Of a stretch of 40,326 nucleotides of DNA, positions 36,789-40,326 are shown one piece after another. The position numbers and the translations under genes are program-made. The stretch's first letter is position 1, and every line of letters begins with the position of its first letter. Below the pieces are notes generated by a model. It worked only from the letters and a program-made list of their open reading frames with translations. It was not told where the DNA came from and did not search any database. Origin of the DNA: a virus (taxonomy: Duplodnaviria; Heunggongvirae; Uroviricota; Caudoviricetes); IMG/VR virus record IMGVR_UViG_2531839665_000018; one strand, 5' to 3'.

Positions 36789-36979
36789 GCTTTATTCACC
36801 TGATATACAATATTTTAAATTTTAACTATTATGAACGTATGAATTTTCACATTGGATGTATGGAAGTTCAACAACTATTGAAAGTTCAATTTTCACTCTT
36901 CGCACAGAGCGAGCTGTTAGTTGGAATTAGGGATCGTACAATCTAGAATAGCGGCAACACCACGTTAAGGGAGGTCGCT

Positions 36980-37240
36980 ATGTTCCGTTGTCCGCTTTGT
37001 GGCGCATCTGCCCGTATCCGCACAAGTCGTCCGGAAAATGATTCAAACACCGTGCGGCAAAAGTATTACCAGTGTAACAATCTGGAATGCGGCGTATGCT
37101 TCTCAACACTGGAAGCTTTCCATAAATTCACATCGAAACACGCCTCCGGCGTTCACTCTTCAGAAGGTATCCCGTGGCATGAGCTACCAGCTTCACACAG
37201 GGGAAACAATCAGATGAGTTTGCCTTTACCTCAGAATTAA
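36980..37240 (+). CDS. ogr: Late gene transcriptional activator, zinc finger (Ogr/Delta family)
   Basis: MFRCPLCGASARIRTSR...YYQCNNLECGVCF has the C-x2-C...C-x4-C pattern and N-terminus typical of Ogr; strong RBS AGGGAGG. Confidence 0.8.
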   Translation: MFRCPLCGASARIRTSRPENDSNTVRQKYYQCNNLECGVCFSTLEAFHKFTSKHASGVHSSEGIPWHELPASHRGNNQMSLPLPQN

Positions 37241-37430
37241 CAAGCAGAATTGCCGGAGTAACAAAAAAGCGATAGATTACGCGCGGGTGCCTTTCGGCTG
37301 ATGGTCGGAGGGAATACCCGAAGGCCAGATGTGGAAAGGCCCCGGAAAACACTTTTGTTTAACCGAGGCCCTAACCGTCTACCCTAAGCAAGTGAAAGGT
37401 TAGCGCCTCTCCGGAAAAGGAGCAAGTGCT

Positions 37431-37571
37431 ATGTCGCAAAAATCGCTTACAGCCATCACGTTCTGCGTGACGGTAATCCTCATCATCTGGATGTTGCACG
37501 GTTCGCTGTGCGAAATACGGATGAGTTTCTGGGGAGCGGAGTTTGCGGCGTTCTTACAGTGTAAGCAGTAA
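37431..37571 (+). CDS. Hok/Gef-family type I toxin
   Basis: 46-aa product with one TM helix then the family signature SLCEIR and EFAAF; RBS AGGAG; not in the ORF track (under 60 aa). Confidence 0.6.
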   Translation: MSQKSLTAITFCVTVILIIWMLHGSLCEIRMSFWGAEFAAFLQCKQ

Positions 37572-37832
37572 GGAAACCGCGACGGGGGAGTAATCCCCCG
37601 TCAATCGGTTGCCAGGGTAAGGTCGATAAGGCACCCTATCTCACGGCTCTAAATGCAAAAATTCCATGAAACTGTGGGATTTTTGCATCACTACTGATAC
37701 AGATCTGCCCTTCTATATGTCTCACTCTATACCAGCTAATCAATTGACACTTATCAATAAAAAAAAATCTGATAAAATCAAAATGTTTTGTAACAAATAT
37801 CAACTCGTATTGATCCAAAGGAGGCGGATTAC

Positions 37833-38165
37833 ATGGCATTAATCAAATGTCCTGAATGCCAGAAAGAGGTGAGCGATTCAGCATTGTATTGCCCTGCTTG
37901 CGGTAAACAAATAAAAAAACTTAAGCGTTCATTTTTTGGAAAGCTCATTAAGTGGATATTTATATTATTTAATATTTTTATGATCTATACGCTTTTAGTT
38001 GGACTGGGAGGCACTAGTGAAATAATAAATAATGCTACATCCGATGCCGAAAAAGCCGGTGCAGTTATTGGTACAGGCTTAGGTTTAATTACCATTGGAA
38101 GTTTATGGGTTATTGGCGATATCATTATCGGAATTTTAGTATTTCTTACTAAACCAAAAGGATAA
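37833..38165 (+). CDS. Zinc-ribbon membrane protein
   Basis: N-terminal CPEC...CPAC zinc ribbon followed by two hydrophobic helices; AT-rich. Confidence 0.5.
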   Translation: MALIKCPECQKEVSDSALYCPACGKQIKKLKRSFFGKLIKWIFILFNIFMIYTLLVGLGGTSEIINNATSDAEKAGAVIGTGLGLITIGSLWVIGDIIIGILVFLTKPKG

Positions 38166-38169
38166 CAAA

Positions 38170-39063
38170 ATGAAAAATATAATTTTTTCTATAGGTGCAT
38201 CATTTATATCAATTAGTGTACTGCCTGTTCACGCAGCAACTGAACATAATAACTTCAATGCAGTACTCCAGTGCCGAGCAATAGAAAATAATAAAGACAG
38301 ACTTTCTTGTTACGATAAGTCAATACAACCGACTCGAACGAAAGTTGCTGAAAAATTCGAAAGCAGAGATCAATGCCCTGATGAGAAAGATGATGACAGA
38401 CGTTTATCTTGTTATGATCGTTTTTTTTCTCCAACATTTACTCCATCTGTAAACTCAAAATCTAAAACGGAAAAGCCAGTAACAACAGAGGCTCAGCAAC
38501 CAAATCTTTCTGAGATATCTAAATGCCGAGCAGAAAATGATAAAGAAGCCAGACTAAACTGCTACGATAAACTATTCCCACAGGATAAAGCTGTTCAAGC
38601 TGAATCAAAATTAGAGAAAGCCAAAGATGTAGGAAAATGGCACACATCCATTACTACATCGCCAATTGATGATTCGAAAAATGTAATTTTATCGTTAGAA
38701 AGTGATGATTATATCAGAACTCCATTTGGAGAAGCGGTTACTCCCACTCTGTTTATAGCTTGCCGAGAAAAGAAAACCGAAGTATTTCTTAGTTGGGATG
38801 TATATTTAGGCCTTGAACAAACCAGCATGCTTTATCGTCTTGATAAACAGAAAGCAGTTGAGCGAAACTGGCTAGTATCTACAGATACAAAGGCTGTTTT
38901 TTATAAAGGTAATGACATTGATTTCATCCGAAAACTAGCCAACTCAAACAAAATGTATACAAAAATAACTCCTTATAATGAGAGCCCTGTAAGTGCAACT
39001 TTCAATTTAAACGGCCTGTCAAACGCGCTAAAACCACTTCAAGCTGCTTGTAACTGGAAATAG
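38170..39063 (+). CDS. Secreted repeat protein (three RLSCYD-type repeats)
   Basis: N-terminal signal peptide; repeats DRLSCYDKSI / RRLSCYDRFF / ARLNCYDKLF; AT-rich. Confidence 0.5.
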   Translation: MKNIIFSIGASFISISVLPVHAATEHNNFNAVLQCRAIENNKDRLSCYDKSIQPTRTKVAEKFESRDQCPDEKDDDRRLSCYDRFFSPTFTPSVNSKSKTEKPVTTEAQQPNLSEISKCRAENDKEARLNCYDKLFPQDKAVQAESKLEKAKDVGKWHTSITTSPIDDSKNVILSLESDDYIRTPFGEAVTPTLFIACREKKTEVFLSWDVYLGLEQTSMLYRLDKQKAVERNWLVSTDTKAVFYKGNDIDFIRKLANSNKMYTKITPYNESPVSATFNLNGLSNALKPLQAACNWK

Positions 39064-39330
39064 CATAAATCATGTGGCTTAGCCACAATCACAGATAACA
39101 CAAAGCCCGTGAAAACGGGCTTTGTGTTATCTGTAACTCGAAAATGTGGTCACTACGTGGACACGTGCTGATATAAATCCTTTTATATCAATAAATTAAA
39201 TCATCATTTTTTTCATCAACAAGGATTTTCACGTTTGTGTTACCTGTATGAGACGAGAGTTAACCGGACAAGTGTGCCATAATCTCGCGGCCAGGCATAC
39301 TTGCGAAGATTTCAGGTATAAGGATACGTA

Positions 39331-40326
39331 ATGATACAACCTATTTCCGGCCCTCCTCCTGGGCAACCACCAGGTCAGGGAGATAACCTGCCGTCTGGCG
39401 CGGGCAATCAGCCTTTATCCAGTCAGCAACGTACTTCGCTGGAAAGCTTAATGACGAAAGTGACCTCACTGACGCAACAACAAAGAGCAGAACTGTGGGC
39501 GGGTATCAGGCACGATATTGGTCTGTCGGGAGATTCACCGCTGCTTTCGCGTCACTTCCCTGCCGCTGAGCATAATCTGGCGCAACGTCTGCTGGCCGCG
39601 CAAAAAAGCCATTCTGCCCGCCAGCTTTTAGCGCAATTAGGGGAGTATTTACGTCTGGGGAATAATCGTCAGGCGGTCACGGATTATATCCGTCATAACT
39701 TTGGTCAGACGCCGCTGAATCAGCTCTCACCGGAGCAATTAAAAACCATTCTCACCCTGTTGCAGGAAGGGAAGATGGTTATTCCGCAACCACAGCAGCG
39801 CGAGGCGACCGACCGTCCTTTATTACCGGCGGAGCACAATGCGCTAAAACAGCTGGTGACCAAACTTGCGGCGGCAACGGGGGAACCCAGCAAACAGATC
39901 TGGCAATCGATGCTGGAACTTTCCGGGGTGAAAGATGGCGAGTTAATTCCAGCGAAACTGTTTAACCATCTGGTGACCTGGTTGCAGGCGCGCCAGACGT
40001 TAAGCCAGCAAAATACGCCGACGCTGGAATCACTACAGATGGCGCTAAAACAACCTTTAGATGCCAGTGAACTGGCGGCGTTATCGGCATATATCCAGCA
40101 AAAATATGGCCTTTCTGCGCAATCATCGCTTTCTTCTGCCCAGGCCGAGGATATTCTTAATCAGCTTTATCAACGGCGGGTTAAAGGGATTGATCCGCGT
40201 GATATGCAACCGCTGCTTAATCCTTTTCCACCGATGATGGACACGTTGCAAAATATGGCAACGCGTCCCGCGCTGTGGATACTGTTAGTCGCGATTATCC
40301 TGATGCTGGTCTGGCTGGTTCGTTAG
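39331..40326 (+). CDS. flk: Flk-like flagellar regulator (C-terminal membrane anchor)
   Basis: N-terminus MIQPISGPPPGQPPGQG and a C-terminal hydrophobic anchor (ALWILLVAIILMLVWLV) match my recollection of enterobacterial Flk; not checked against a database. Confidence 0.55.
   Translation: MIQPISGPPPGQPPGQGDNLPSGAGNQPLSSQQRTSLESLMTKVTSLTQQQRAELWAGIRHDIGLSGDSPLLSRHFPAAEHNLAQRLLAAQKSHSARQLLAQLGEYLRLGNNRQAVTDYIRHNFGQTPLNQLSPEQLKTILTLLQEGKMVIPQPQQREATDRPLLPAEHNALKQLVTKLAAATGEPSKQIWQSMLELSGVKDGELIPAKLFNHLVTWLQARQTLSQQNTPTLESLQMALKQPLDASELAALSAYIQQKYGLSAQSSLSSAQAEDILNQLYQRRVKGIDPRDMQPLLNPFPPMMDTLQNMATRPALWILLVAIILMLVWLVR

Larger units (their letters stand above)
1..37300. mobile_element. P2/186-like temperate prophage; left end (attL) lies outside the window, right end estimated just downstream of ogr
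   Basis: Complete P2-type gene order visible in the ORF track: int, repressor, early operon with A, Q/P, O-N-M-L-X, lysis genes, R-S-V-W-J-I-H-G, FI-FII-E-T-U, D, ogr. Boundary not defined by an att repeat because attL is not in the window. Confidence 0.75.

Noticed and set aside
37241-37430. tRNA gene as integration target next to ogr
   Set aside because: No T-loop (GGTTCGAATCC-like) or cloverleaf is evident by eye; the region looks like the hok mRNA leader. Not checked with a tRNA scanner.

Overview
About 37 kb of this window is a P2/186-like (Peduovirus-type) temperate prophage of an enterobacterium; the last ~3 kb is host or islet DNA. All calls come from reading the ORF track and sequence by eye; no searches were run. 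Prophage order: int and immunity repressor (minus), a face-to-face-type switch region, a rightward early operon of many small ORFs ending in the rolling-circle initiator A, a ParM/ParR-like cassette where P2 carries tin/old, a repeat-rich putative cos region, then portal Q and terminase P (minus), and O-N-M-L-X, lysis cassette, R-S-V-W-J-I-H-G (plus). A Gin/Cin/Pin-type invertible tail-fiber segment with its invertase follows. The tail sheath/tube/chaperone/tape-measure/U block lies on the minus strand, inverted relative to P2, then D (plus), an AT-rich 340-aa cargo gene (minus) and ogr (plus). Right flank: a Hok/Gef-family toxin, two AT-rich genes and an flk-like gene. Most interesting: the ParMR cassette, the D-ogr cargo gene with a HEPN-like motif, an SPFH lipoprotein module in the early operon, a self-contained promoter/structured-RNA/Cys-rich ORF/terminator unit, and the inverted tail module. 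Coordinates of DNA motifs are hand-counted and may be off by 1-2 bp, especially around 28.1-28.8 kb.
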